Below are positions 8,643 to 18,920 of a stretch of DNA of 64,000 nt, piece by piece. The notes below the pieces were generated by a model that had not been told where the DNA came from, did no database searches, and saw nothing but the letters and a program-made list of their open reading frames with translations. The stretch is from an uncultured Verrucomicrobiae bacterium (GTDB lineage: Bacteria; Verrucomicrobiota; Verrucomicrobiia; Chthoniobacterales; JAATET01): contig CAVRCI010000002.1 in assembly GCA_963719495.1 (NCBI GenBank), forward strand, positions 672,001 to 736,000, given 5' to 3'. A program made the translations under genes and the position numbers. Position 1 is the first letter of the stretch, and every line of letters begins with the position of its first letter.

Positions 8643-10796
8643 ATGTCCGACCCCTACCTGACCGCGCTCCACGACAGTCTGAACGACAGCGCGATGCAGC
8701 GGAAATTTCGGCGGATCGCGCCGATGCCCTTCGGCGTCGTGTTCCTGCCGTGGGCCGGGATGACCGAAGAGGACATGCGTGGGCATTTTCGCGAGATGAA
8801 GCGGCTTGGGTTTACGAATCTCAAGCAGACCATGCCGACGCCCGAGTGGAGCGAGGCGCGAATCCTGGCCGTTGCGCACGAGGAGGGGATCATTCCCTTT
8901 TGGTACGGCGAGGGTGGTTGGGAGGACATCACCGACGAATTGCTCGACCAGCTCGACATTCCTCGTGACACGCCGATGCCCGAGATCCGCGAGGATGCGC
9001 GAATGCGCGAGTATCAGCACGAGGTAATCAAGCGCCGGATCGGGAGGGAGAAAATCTCCGCCCAAGTCGAAGGAACGGTTCTCCAGGAAGCGGGTATGGA
9101 GCGTCCGCCGGACAACCTGCGGCTGCACAACGATCCGGTGCTGTGGGATGACTCCGTGCCGTTTTTCAAACAATGGGTGAAGGCGCATTACCCCTACGTC
9201 GAGACGCTGAACCGGACGTGGAATCTCGGAGAGGTCGGGATCTGCGAGCGGCCCTACGAAAGCTGGGAGGACTTCGATTCCGACGAAACGCTCACCCGTT
9301 TCAGCCGAAAAAACGAATACCGTCACGTCCGCGACATTCTGCGCTTCAAGGCCGATCACGCACTCGCGACCGTGGTCCGCGCCGCCGAACTCTCGCGCGA
9401 GCGCGATCCGGACGAACCGCAGCGCGCGGGCGGTGAGATGGGGTTGTTCCTGCCGTTTGCCTGGCGAGGGACCGACATGGAGGGCTTCGCTCGCGCGATG
9501 CGTGAGCACGGCTCCTTCTACCCGTCGATCCATCTGGCGTGGCATTTCGAGGAGGTCGAATACGAGGTTGCCCGCTGCATTTACATGCAGGCTTCACTCG
9601 CGGCGGATTGGTTCAAGGGCGGCTGGTCGGCGACGTGGGAGAGCACCGGCGGGCCGCAGCAATTCTCCGGCGGCAAGGCGTGGAACGCCAAATCCGCCGA
9701 GGAGACCGCGGGCTACACGGTCGATGCCGGCACGATGTCCCAGCTTCTCCTGAGTTACCTGGCGGCGGGATTCAAGGGCGTCGGACTCTGGAGTTGGAAC
9801 CCGCGCCAGGCGGGCTGGGAAGCCGGCGAGTATGCGCTTCTCGACCGTCAAAACCGTGCGGGAACCCGCGCCGAACGCGCGGGCGCCATCGCTCGCGCGG
9901 CCAACCAATACCGCGACGAACTCTGGGCTGCGCGCAAGGAGCCGCTCGTTGGCGTCTACGTGGACTGGGACAACGAAGCGCTCTGGGCGGCGATGTCTGT
10001 GGCCAACCGCGATCAATTCCGATTCTGGCCCGTCCACGCGCGGATCGGTGCGAGTCGCGCGCTCGTGAATGGCAACGTCCCGTGGGAACACCTCACCGCG
10101 AACGACCTCCGTGCGGGCCTCGCCGGGCGCTATCGCACGATCATCCTCCCCGCCCATATCGCCATCTCCGAGGAGACGCTCGCGCTCTTCGCCGCCTACG
10201 TTGAAGCCGGGGGACGGGTCGTTCTCGACGCACCCGGCGCTTGGTTTGACATGCGGGGGCGGTTGCTGGATACCGGCGCGGGATCGGCGTTCGAGCGCCT
10301 CTTCGGCGTCGAGATTCGCGATTACCAGTATTCGAACAACGTCCCTCGATCGCTCGACGGACGAAGGCTCGACGGCTTCATCCTCGATCTCCATCCGACC
10401 ACGGCGGAGACGCGCGCGGCCTTCGACGAATGCGGTCCGGCCAGCACGGAAAACGCGCTGGGCTCCGGCACCGCCGTCGTCCTCGCGTGGGAGGCGACCC
10501 ACCAGATCTTCCGCCCCGGGGAGGACGCGATGGAATCCCGCCTGCGCGACGCCGTCCTCGGTGGCCTCGCATCTCCCTACCGCTGCGACGGCGCGCTCGT
10601 CTATCGTCTCGCCGCCCCCGCTGCGGACCACTATTTTTTCGTCAACGACGGCCCCGCCCGGGAGGTCCGCCTGGAGACCGATTTCGACTACGCATCCGCG
10701 TCCGATCCGGTCAGCGGAGATCCTTTCGCCCTCGACGCTCCCATCGCGCTCGAATCTCACGGCGCCCGCTGGTCGCGGATGGAGAAACGGCGCTGA
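8643..10796 (+). CDS. GH42-like glycoside hydrolase with beta-galactosidase trimerisation domain
   Basis: FREMKRLGFT, FKQWVKAHY..VETLNRTW, WESTGG, WSWNPRQAGWE; GATase-like middle domain (YRTIILPA...YVEAGGRVV). Confidence 0.8.
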   Translation: MSDPYLTALHDSLNDSAMQRKFRRIAPMPFGVVFLPWAGMTEEDMRGHFREMKRLGFTNLKQTMPTPEWSEARILAVAHEEGIIPFWYGEGGWEDITDELLDQLDIPRDTPMPEIREDARMREYQHEVIKRRIGREKISAQVEGTVLQEAGMERPPDNLRLHNDPVLWDDSVPFFKQWVKAHYPYVETLNRTWNLGEVGICERPYESWEDFDSDETLTRFSRKNEYRHVRDILRFKADHALATVVRAAELSRERDPDEPQRAGGEMGLFLPFAWRGTDMEGFARAMREHGSFYPSIHLAWHFEEVEYEVARCIYMQASLAADWFKGGWSATWESTGGPQQFSGGKAWNAKSAEETAGYTVDAGTMSQLLLSYLAAGFKGVGLWSWNPRQAGWEAGEYALLDRQNRAGTRAERAGAIARAANQYRDELWAARKEPLVGVYVDWDNEALWAAMSVANRDQFRFWPVHARIGASRALVNGNVPWEHLTANDLRAGLAGRYRTIILPAHIAISEETLALFAAYVEAGGRVVLDAPGAWFDMRGRLLDTGAGSAFERLFGVEIRDYQYSNNVPRSLDGRRLDGFILDLHPTTAETRAAFDECGPASTENALGSGTAVVLAWEATHQIFRPGEDAMESRLRDAVLGGLASPYRCDGALVYRLAAPAADHYFFVNDGPAREVRLETDFDYASASDPVSGDPFALDAPIALESHGARWSRMEKRR

Positions 10797-10845
10797 CAAT
10801 TTGCTCGTTTCCGACGACGCCGGAATCGGGCTCCTAAAAAATCCA

Positions 10846-13800
10846 ATGAAAGCCCCCCCGATCTTTGCGCTGGCTGCGCTTATCCTGATATCGCCACCGC
10901 TGCACGCCCAGACGGGCGACGCGATTTTCGCCGACTACTCGGCGGCCCCCGACAGCCATCCGAATCTGCCGAACAACAGCTTCGCCGGATACCGCGCGGG
11001 CGAAACGCCGATTCCCGACGTGCCCGTGATCGTCGACCTGGCGGCGTTTGGCGGCGTGGGCGACGGGGTCACGGACAATACGAAGGCCTTCGCCGACGCG
11101 ATCGAGGCGGCCTGGCGGGCGGGTGGCGGCGCGGTTTCCATCCCGGCGGGAACTTTCCGGGTGGAAGAAATGATCCACCTCAACCGCTCCGGCGTGGTGC
11201 TGCGAGGGGCGGGCCGGACGGCGACCACCATCGCTTTCCCCAACAGCCTCGAGCAGGTGCTCGGCGTCCGCGGCGTGGGCACCAGTAGCTGGTCGTGGCA
11301 GGGTGGGTTGATCTCGGTGTTGCCCGAGGCGGCGCTGAAAAAGGATCCCTTCGACCGCATCGATTCCTTCATGGGTGGCGGGACAAGGGATTGGTCCACC
11401 TGGTGGTCGGGAATCGACAATTACAACGGACCCGAGCTGGCGCGGGTGACGAGCACGGCTCCGCGAGGTGCGCGCGAGGTCACCGTGAACGACGCGTCCG
11501 GGCTGAAGGTCGGTGAGTTCTATTTGATGAGCTGGGAATCCGCGGCTCTGGAGGGCGACTACAGTTTGTGGAAACACATTGCCGGGCACCCGGCGATGGA
11601 CGCGTTCGATTGGGCGAGGGCGTTCGACCTGAACAGGCGCACCCAGTTTCAGTGGCCGGTGCGGATCGAGGCGATCACCGGAAACACGGTGCAGCTGGCG
11701 CAGCCGACGCGGATCGACATTCGCGCCGAGTGGAACGTGGCCTTCGAACCCATGGGCACGGTGATCGAGGAATCCGGAGTGGAAAGCCTGACCATCGAAC
11801 TACAGAACGCCCCGCTCACGACGCCCCATAACCAGTATGACGGCTGGAACGGCGTGTATTTCAGCAAGACGATCAATTGCTGGGCGCGCGACATCACGGT
11901 GCGGAACGGCCAAAACGGATTTTTGACCCGCTCCAACAAGTATCTGACGATTTCCAACGTGCGCTTCGAGGGCACCGTCGGGTTGCACCACGCCACCACG
12001 CACGTGCGGGGGCACGATTGCCTGGTGGAAAATTTCGTCCTCGCCCAACCGGTTCACCACGGGATCAGCGTCGAGGACCTGTCCACCGGCGTGACCTATC
12101 GCGGCGGCAACCTGCCTTTCGGCACCTTCGACAGCCACCGCTTCATGCCCTTCGACGTGCTCCGGACCGACATTTCTCTGGCCAACGACGACGGCGGACC
12201 GGGCGGGGCCAGCGACTTCGGGCCCTTCGTCGGAAAAAACGTGGTTCACTGGAACGTGGACATCACCGGCACGACGGATCGCGGCGCGTGGGTCAACCAC
12301 CCGCACACCCACTCGATGGGCGCGCTGGTCGGCGTGCGCGGCGCTCCGGAGGATTACACGACCCCGCTCTTCGGCATGGAGCCGGGGTTGAAGGGAACGA
12401 TCATCGCCGACGCCGGAACCCCGCCTTCGATTACCGACCTTTACCAGGCGCAGTTCGATCTCCGCAAAGCGAACAACAAGTGGGTGCGTCTGGCATTGCC
12501 CAACGACGGATTCGCGCCCGCGGGCGACATCGGCTTTGCCGCCTCGGCGAATCCCGGCGCGGGCCGCACGGTGGTCTCGGTGGAATTCTTCAAGGACGGC
12601 GTCACGTTCGGATCGGACACCAGCGCGCCGTTCACCGCCACCTGGACCGGAGCGACGAAAGGGAAGGTGGAGATCACGTTGAAAATGACCGACGATCTCG
12701 GCGGCGAGACGTTTTCCGTTCCGTCCGATTTGATCGTGGGCGAGCGCGTGCGTGTCCAGAGCGACGCCGCGCGGGTGTCCCGACAGGGCTCGTGGAGCGT
12801 CGAGAATGCGCCTGGCAGCGATGGCGGGTCGCTACGCGGAAACGCGGTCGACGGCGGTGCCTGGATGCAGATCGATTTTGTCGGCACCCGGCTGCGAGCA
12901 TACGCCGGGCCGCGCGGCGGCGGTTCGGAAGTGGAGGTCTACCTCGACGATCTGGTAATCCCGTCGAACCGGTTCACCTACGACACCGTGGACTCGCCAC
13001 GGCAACTGGTCTACGATTCCGGCAAGCTGCCGGACGGTCTGCACACCGCTCGGTTCATCGCGCTCGACGACGTGGACCTGGATTTTTTCGAGGTCACCGA
13101 AACCGCCGACCTGACGACAAATACGCCACCGGTTCCGGCTTTCACCGCCGCCTCGCTGGTCGGTCGAGCGCCGTTTGCATTCAGCGCGGACGCTTCCCCT
13201 TCGACCGACGCCGAGGGTCCGATCGCCAGCTACCGATGGAGCCCTGGCGATGGGACCGTCGTGAACGGTGCCACGCTCAATCACACTTTCACTGAACCCG
13301 GCATGCACGTGGTGCGGCTGGAGGTGCGCGATTCGAAGGGACAACCAGCGGCGATACAGTTCGAGGTCCGGGTGGAACCATCGGTCACCGGGATCGGCCT
13401 CGACCGGCAGGTCGTCCGGCTGGTCGGAAACATCACGGGAGGCACCCAGAACTTCACCGCGGGCGTGGTGAACACCTCGCTGGATCTCGACGGGGTCGGC
13501 GGAGCCAACGACGGCCGCGCCGAGTATCCCCTGGGAGCGACGCCGGTACTGGCAGGCGGCAGCTACTTCGGCCACCCGCTCTTCGGGCGGGTCGTGCTCG
13601 AGCAATTGAACAGCGCGCCGCCCCCGTTTTCCGACCGAAAGGTGGACAACGCTCACTGGAGCGATCTGCTCAACGTGCGCGCCGCGAACGACGGCTTCTG
13701 GGGACTGCTCTACGTGGATAAGACCGACTTCGCGAACGGCGGCAGTGAGCGGGCGGTGACGCTGAACTCGGTCAGCGCGCTGCGCCTGGACCGGGTGCTT

Positions 13801-15528
13801 TCGAACGAGAATCTCGGCGACCTGCGCTTCGTCATTCGCCAGGGCGGCGTGTTTTATCTATCGGAGGCGAAGTACTTGAATGGCGGGGTGTTCGTGCTCG
13901 GTTTCGACCGCAATGACGATGACAATCAATGGGCGGTGTGGGATCCGGCCGCCGGGCAGTCGCCCGCCGACAGTGCGCTGGATTTCCAAGAGCGGAATTT
14001 CACCGATATCGATGGTTTCGGATTTGCCTGGGGCAAGGCGCGCGGGGTTTCTTCTGTGCGGAACTGGATGAAAGTGGCGGACTTGACCGTGACCGCGCAG
14101 GCAGCACCGCCGGAATACCTTCCCACCGCGGTGATCACGCCGAGACCGGCCAGCGGCACGGCACCGTTTCCGGTGAACTTCGATGGCAGCAGCTCGACGG
14201 CAGGATTGAACAACAGCATCGTTGATTACCGCTGGGATTTCGGTGACGGCAATATCGGCAAAGGTGCGACCGTGAGCCACACCTACATCCGCGGTGGCTC
14301 CTACACAGCGACGCTGACCGTGGAAACGACGGAAGGTGTGACCGACAGCAGCGATCTGAGTTTTGCGATCACCGATCCGAATTTGTCCAATGACGAGGTG
14401 ATGATTGTCGATTGGGGTGGCGACTCGGTGTCGTCGTCGCAGAAATTCCGCGACGCCCCAGGGATCGTGACCACCGGCCTGAATCTGGACGCCGACGGGC
14501 AGAACGACGACTCCCGGCGGGAGTTTTCCTTTCGGCTCGATGCTCCGCTTTCCCCGACGACCAACTACACCGGCGGGCCGTTCTACGGAGGTATGCGCGG
14601 CGAGCAACTGGATGGCGGCCCGGGGAGTTTTACGGATGACGGTGTGAAGCAGAACGCGGGGGGCGACAAGATCGGCAATCGCTTCCAGGCGGGTGCTCCG
14701 TCCTCGTTTTCCGGAGCCTTGCTGTGGGTGAAAAACGATTTTCGCGAATTCGGCTCGGGCTCCAACAACCCGGTTTCGTTCAACGCCAAAAGCCGATTGA
14801 CCATCGACAGGATAAGCCGTTTCGAGAACGTCGAGGCCCGCTGGGTGGTGCGGGAAGGCGGTCAGTTCTGGGTCTCCCAAGCCGTGATCTCGCCCTCCGG
14901 CGGCAAGGCCGAATTGACCTTCACCAGCGACGGTATCGATGGCAACTGGGCGATGTGGAGCCAGCCGGAAAATCTCGATTTCGACGCCGCGGGTGCGAGT
15001 TTCACTTCCCGAAACTTCTCCGACGTGACGGCGGTCGGATTCTGCTGGAACTCGGCGGGTTTTGCCGCGCTGCGCTACTGGATCGAATTCGGCGAGTTCG
15101 AGGTGGTGGCCGCGCTGGGCGGCGACGATCCGATCGACGCTTGGCGCGCGTCCGAATTCGGTGCCGACGCCGGGAATCCCGCGCTGGAAGCGACGGTATG
15201 GGGTGATCAGGCAGACCCGAATCACAACGGCCGATCCAATCTGCTCGAATTCCTGGTGGGCACCGAGCCGAGATCGGTGACGGCGCTACCACTGACGATC
15301 CGAACAAAAACCGCGCCTTCCGCCATCGTCCTCCGCTACACCCGCCGGATTCAGCGGGGTGGCCGGACGCTGACGCCTGAGTGGTCGCCGGATCTGCAGG
15401 ATCCGTGGAGTCGGAGTGGCATTTCCGAGAGCATCGAATTTGATGACGGCACCATCCAGACCATCGACGCCGTGCTCCCGACCAACGGTCGTGACAAAGT
15501 TTTCCTCCGGCTGCGCGGAGGCGAGTGA
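10846..15528 (+). CDS. Large secreted polysaccharide-degrading protein: beta-helix (pectate lyase 3/GH55-like) + Ig-like + CBM-like + 2x(PKD + unknown domain) + C-terminal domain
   Basis: Start MKAPPIFALAALILISPPLHA at 10846; FGGVGDGVTDNTKAFADAI...IPAGTF beta-helix cap; PKD motifs YRWSPGDG and YRWDFGDG. Confidence 0.8.
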   Translation: MKAPPIFALAALILISPPLHAQTGDAIFADYSAAPDSHPNLPNNSFAGYRAGETPIPDVPVIVDLAAFGGVGDGVTDNTKAFADAIEAAWRAGGGAVSIPAGTFRVEEMIHLNRSGVVLRGAGRTATTIAFPNSLEQVLGVRGVGTSSWSWQGGLISVLPEAALKKDPFDRIDSFMGGGTRDWSTWWSGIDNYNGPELARVTSTAPRGAREVTVNDASGLKVGEFYLMSWESAALEGDYSLWKHIAGHPAMDAFDWARAFDLNRRTQFQWPVRIEAITGNTVQLAQPTRIDIRAEWNVAFEPMGTVIEESGVESLTIELQNAPLTTPHNQYDGWNGVYFSKTINCWARDITVRNGQNGFLTRSNKYLTISNVRFEGTVGLHHATTHVRGHDCLVENFVLAQPVHHGISVEDLSTGVTYRGGNLPFGTFDSHRFMPFDVLRTDISLANDDGGPGGASDFGPFVGKNVVHWNVDITGTTDRGAWVNHPHTHSMGALVGVRGAPEDYTTPLFGMEPGLKGTIIADAGTPPSITDLYQAQFDLRKANNKWVRLALPNDGFAPAGDIGFAASANPGAGRTVVSVEFFKDGVTFGSDTSAPFTATWTGATKGKVEITLKMTDDLGGETFSVPSDLIVGERVRVQSDAARVSRQGSWSVENAPGSDGGSLRGNAVDGGAWMQIDFVGTRLRAYAGPRGGGSEVEVYLDDLVIPSNRFTYDTVDSPRQLVYDSGKLPDGLHTARFIALDDVDLDFFEVTETADLTTNTPPVPAFTAASLVGRAPFAFSADASPSTDAEGPIASYRWSPGDGTVVNGATLNHTFTEPGMHVVRLEVRDSKGQPAAIQFEVRVEPSVTGIGLDRQVVRLVGNITGGTQNFTAGVVNTSLDLDGVGGANDGRAEYPLGATPVLAGGSYFGHPLFGRVVLEQLNSAPPPFSDRKVDNAHWSDLLNVRAANDGFWGLLYVDKTDFANGGSERAVTLNSVSALRLDRVLSNENLGDLRFVIRQGGVFYLSEAKYLNGGVFVLGFDRNDDDNQWAVWDPAAGQSPADSALDFQERNFTDIDGFGFAWGKARGVSSVRNWMKVADLTVTAQAAPPEYLPTAVITPRPASGTAPFPVNFDGSSSTAGLNNSIVDYRWDFGDGNIGKGATVSHTYIRGGSYTATLTVETTEGVTDSSDLSFAITDPNLSNDEVMIVDWGGDSVSSSQKFRDAPGIVTTGLNLDADGQNDDSRREFSFRLDAPLSPTTNYTGGPFYGGMRGEQLDGGPGSFTDDGVKQNAGGDKIGNRFQAGAPSSFSGALLWVKNDFREFGSGSNNPVSFNAKSRLTIDRISRFENVEARWVVREGGQFWVSQAVISPSGGKAELTFTSDGIDGNWAMWSQPENLDFDAAGASFTSRNFSDVTAVGFCWNSAGFAALRYWIEFGEFEVVAALGGDDPIDAWRASEFGADAGNPALEATVWGDQADPNHNGRSNLLEFLVGTEPRSVTALPLTIRTKTAPSAIVLRYTRRIQRGGRTLTPEWSPDLQDPWSRSGISESIEFDDGTIQTIDAVLPTNGRDKVFLRLRGGE

Positions 15529-15626
15529 AGGCGGCGAAAGCGTCCCGCCAGCGGCGTTCGATCCCCGGCAGGGCGCGCGGATCTCGACCGAAAAGCTTCT
15601 GAAGATCCCAGATTCACCCGCGTCAG

Positions 15627-15640
15627 ATATACGTGTAAAA
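15627..15640. promoter_or_regulatory. Putative operator ATATACGTGTAAAA
   Basis: Reverse complement TTTTACACGTATAT matches the 6410 site at 13/14. Confidence 0.7.
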
Positions 15641-15719
15641 TTCAGCAATTGGTCTTTTAAGCGTGAAACAGTCGACATCAATCCGGGGTTGCTTGTAGAG
15701 AAAGTGCAACTCCCAAAAC

Positions 15720-18713
15720 ATGAAACAAACGTTCCCCCGATTTCCCTTCCTCCCTCGTCTTATTCTCCTCCCGTTGATCTTCGGATTGGCGAATGTCTCT
15801 TCAGCGGTCGCGCAACAACTGGTTGGCCAGGACGTCGGGCAAACCGCCGTCGCGGGGAGCTACACCACGGGCTCCGGGTTCCACACCGTGATCGGCGGCG
15901 GCAAGGACATCTGGAATCGGACGGACGCGTTTCACTTCGCGGCGAGGCAACTCACCGGCGACGCGGACCTGATTTGTCGAGTCGTCAGTCAGGAGGACAC
16001 GGCGGACTGGGCGAAGGCGGGCATCATGATTCGCGAGACGCTGGCGGCAAACTCGCGTCACGCGATGGTGGTCGCCACACCGGTCGGCCGGGTGGCCTTC
16101 CAACGACGGTCGTCGACCAATGGCACGACCGCGAACAATTCCGTGGCGGGGCAGGTGCCCGTCTGGTTGCGGCTGGTCCGCACCGGCAACCTGTTCGTCG
16201 CTTACTCCTCGCCGGACGGTGTGGCCTGGTCGCAGATCTCGCAGGCACAAATCACCATGACGTCAGAGGTCTGGGTGGGTTTGGCGGTGACGTCGCACGA
16301 TAACTCGCAATCGAGTGAGGCGGTCTTCGACGAGGTCAACTTCGCCGCCCAGAACGTTTCGACTGCCGGCACGCCGGGATTCTTTCCATCGAAGATCGGG
16401 TCAATCATCGGGTTTAATTTCCAGCCCGCCACGGGACCATCGGAAGCGCCTTATCTGGCGGACAGCGGAGCGACGGTGGCCGACCGGGGGAACGGATGGA
16501 ACTACGGCTGGAATTCGGACCTGAGCGCTCGCGCCGAGGTGACGAACTTCACGAGTTCCGCGCTTTCCAACACGCACATCGGCCTGCCGCCCGGGGCGGA
16601 GTGGTCGCTGGAGGAGGTGCCGGCGGGACGTTATCGCGTGACGGTCGCGGTCGGCGGACCAAACCGCCAGACGCTCAACACGATCAACGCCGAGGGCGAG
16701 ACGGTGCACGCGGCGAAGTTCCTGGGATCGAAGAAGACCGCCCTGGCCTCCGCGGTCGTGATGGTCGTGGACGGAAAGCTGACCCTCGACAACGGATCGT
16801 CGGCGAACAACGAGACGAGTGTCGCCTTCCTCGAGATCGATCCCGAGCCGACGTCGTCGTTCGAGATCGAGGACGCCACTTCGGATGTGACCGAGGAAAT
16901 TGGCGCATGGTCGGTGGTCTCCACCGGACCCGGAGCGACGCGCCGGGAAGCCAGCGGTGGCTCCGGGAGTGCTTACACATTTCGTCCGTTTCTTGACGGT
17001 GGCTTTTACGAAGTCGCTCTCCGGTGGCCGGGAGGGACGGCGTTCGCCTCGTTGGTGCCCGTGGAAATCACCGGAGCGGACGGCTCCCAGACCACCTCCG
17101 TGGATCAGACCATCGACGGCTCCGGCTGGGTGTCGGTCGGCGTCCATCGCTTCGAGCCCGGGGCCCTCGGCTCCGTAACGATCAGGACGGACGGAGCCGT
17201 CGGGACGGTCGCCGCGGACGCGGTGAAGTTCCGCCGCACGGTGAATCCGGATGACGCGCCCGTGCTGGCCGCCGGCCTCGCCTCCTGGCGCAAGCCCGAC
17301 ATCAACGGCATCACCTGCGCGCAGTGCCACGGCCCGGCTGGTTACGACATCGCGGTCTTCAATTTCGACCAGGCCGATCTCCGCCGAGCCGCCGAACCGC
17401 ACCTGCCGGTCGCCGACGCGGACGCCATCTTCGCGATGCTGGAAATGTGGCGCGCGCAGTACCCACCCGAGGGTGGCCCGCACGACATCGAGACGTTCCG
17501 GCCCTTCCAGCCAGCGGGCGTGCTGCTCGGCGAACAATACGCGGATTCGCTGCAGCGCGACGCGGTCTTTGCCGATTCCCTCGAGGACGGTGGCTTCCTC
17601 CTGTTCCAGGGAGAAATCACCACGCTGGCGCAGGCCCGTCCGGCGGTGGATCAAATGGAGGCGCTCGACGTGAACTCGATTGCGCTCGGCGTGCCGATGA
17701 ACCTGTGGTCGCACTCCGTCAGCCGCAGCGGCGCCGAGGAGGGCGGTCGCATCGACGAATGGGTCGCCAGCATCGGTCAACAGGCGACCGCCGCGGGCGC
17801 CGCCGAGTGGGACGAAGCCCAGGACGCCTACCTCGCCAACCCGACGGACGAGAATTTCTGGGACCTCTACCACCGCGTCGCGCCCCTGCTGGTTCCCGAC
17901 CCGCATAACGCCCGCGCGTCGACCACCCAGCATTGGCGGGAAATGGAGAGCCGTAAATTCTCGTCGAACCTTCTCTTCCAGCACGACCAAATCCAGCGTG
18001 CTCTCGGACGGACGGATTTCTTCACCTCGCAGATCGGTAATGACGGACCGTTTCCGAACGAACGTGGACTCGGCAGCGAGGACCAACCAATCTGGGACGT
18101 CGGCGAGAGCGCCCGCAGCGCCGAGCGGACGTCCTACGACCAATTCCCGCTTCGCCACGACGAAACCTTCGCGAAGGATCCCTCGTTCACCGTGACGAAG
18201 AACCTGATCGCGGCACGCGATTCGCTCCGTCCAGCCTGGCATCTCCTGGGCTGGGTGATGGACCCGGCGCTGCTGCACTCCGGGCCGAGCAACGCGACCC
18301 TCACCGGTGAATACGTCATCGAAAAGCTCTGGCACCACGAATACCGCGTGCACCAGGTATTCATGAACGCCGTGCATCGCGCGAAGCGATCGCTCACGCT
18401 CCCTTATTCGGCGCGGAAGGGGTATTACCTCGGCTACTACAAATACCTCTTCAAACGGATGGGAGACGACGCCCAGGGATTCCCGGGTTCCGCCGCTCAA
18501 TACAAGCGATTCCTCGCGAACGACCTTCGCGCCGCCTACCTCGTCCACACCGACGACATCGTGTCCGGCGAGATCATTCCCTCGCAATTCCTGCAGCAGC
18601 ACGTGGACGCCGCCGAAGGCACCCGGGACGTCCTCGAGTGGGCCGACCCGGCAAACGCCCTGATTAATAACCAGATCATCGACGACTTCGTGGCCGCGGC
18701 GACAGCGCCTTGA
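15720..18713 (+). CDS. Secreted multidomain protein: three lectin/CBM-like beta-sandwiches plus helical domain with CxxCH heme-c motif
   Basis: Signal peptide; DUF1349/ConA-like (DIWNRTDAFHF...WAKAGIMIRE), galactose-binding-like and golvesin-like (YEVALRWP...AADAVKF) modules; CAQCH at 17316-17330. Confidence 0.75.
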   Translation: MKQTFPRFPFLPRLILLPLIFGLANVSSAVAQQLVGQDVGQTAVAGSYTTGSGFHTVIGGGKDIWNRTDAFHFAARQLTGDADLICRVVSQEDTADWAKAGIMIRETLAANSRHAMVVATPVGRVAFQRRSSTNGTTANNSVAGQVPVWLRLVRTGNLFVAYSSPDGVAWSQISQAQITMTSEVWVGLAVTSHDNSQSSEAVFDEVNFAAQNVSTAGTPGFFPSKIGSIIGFNFQPATGPSEAPYLADSGATVADRGNGWNYGWNSDLSARAEVTNFTSSALSNTHIGLPPGAEWSLEEVPAGRYRVTVAVGGPNRQTLNTINAEGETVHAAKFLGSKKTALASAVVMVVDGKLTLDNGSSANNETSVAFLEIDPEPTSSFEIEDATSDVTEEIGAWSVVSTGPGATRREASGGSGSAYTFRPFLDGGFYEVALRWPGGTAFASLVPVEITGADGSQTTSVDQTIDGSGWVSVGVHRFEPGALGSVTIRTDGAVGTVAADAVKFRRTVNPDDAPVLAAGLASWRKPDINGITCAQCHGPAGYDIAVFNFDQADLRRAAEPHLPVADADAIFAMLEMWRAQYPPEGGPHDIETFRPFQPAGVLLGEQYADSLQRDAVFADSLEDGGFLLFQGEITTLAQARPAVDQMEALDVNSIALGVPMNLWSHSVSRSGAEEGGRIDEWVASIGQQATAAGAAEWDEAQDAYLANPTDENFWDLYHRVAPLLVPDPHNARASTTQHWREMESRKFSSNLLFQHDQIQRALGRTDFFTSQIGNDGPFPNERGLGSEDQPIWDVGESARSAERTSYDQFPLRHDETFAKDPSFTVTKNLIAARDSLRPAWHLLGWVMDPALLHSGPSNATLTGEYVIEKLWHHEYRVHQVFMNAVHRAKRSLTLPYSARKGYYLGYYKYLFKRMGDDAQGFPGSAAQYKRFLANDLRAAYLVHTDDIVSGEIIPSQFLQQHVDAAEGTRDVLEWADPANALINNQIIDDFVAAATAP

Positions 18714-18850
18714 CCAATCCGTTCGGCGGCGGTCGGAAACGCGCCCGGGCAGTCCGTGCCCGAGCGCTTTTCCCGGTCCGCTCGTTCAGGCGCCCTTTCG
18801 GCCCGAAGGTGGCGGCAGTCGGCGGGGAGACGAAAGCATTGGGACGGTGA

Positions 18851-18864
18851 TTCTACTCGTAAAA
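18851..18864. promoter_or_regulatory. Putative operator TTCTACTCGTAAAA
   Basis: Palindrome copy about 55 bp upstream of the aminotransferase gene. Confidence 0.6.
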
Positions 18865-18920
18865 TGACGTCCCGTTTCGTGGATCCTTGCGGCTTTTCGA
18901 ATCGAAGTTAGTCCTGCGCA

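Noticed and set aside
10069..10845. N-terminal extensions of ORF-track calls (10069 start; likewise 4858, 33403, 42769, 55443)
   Set aside because: Extensions overlap neighbouring genes, the IS or repeat regions; signal peptides or conserved N-termini indicate the downstream starts used.
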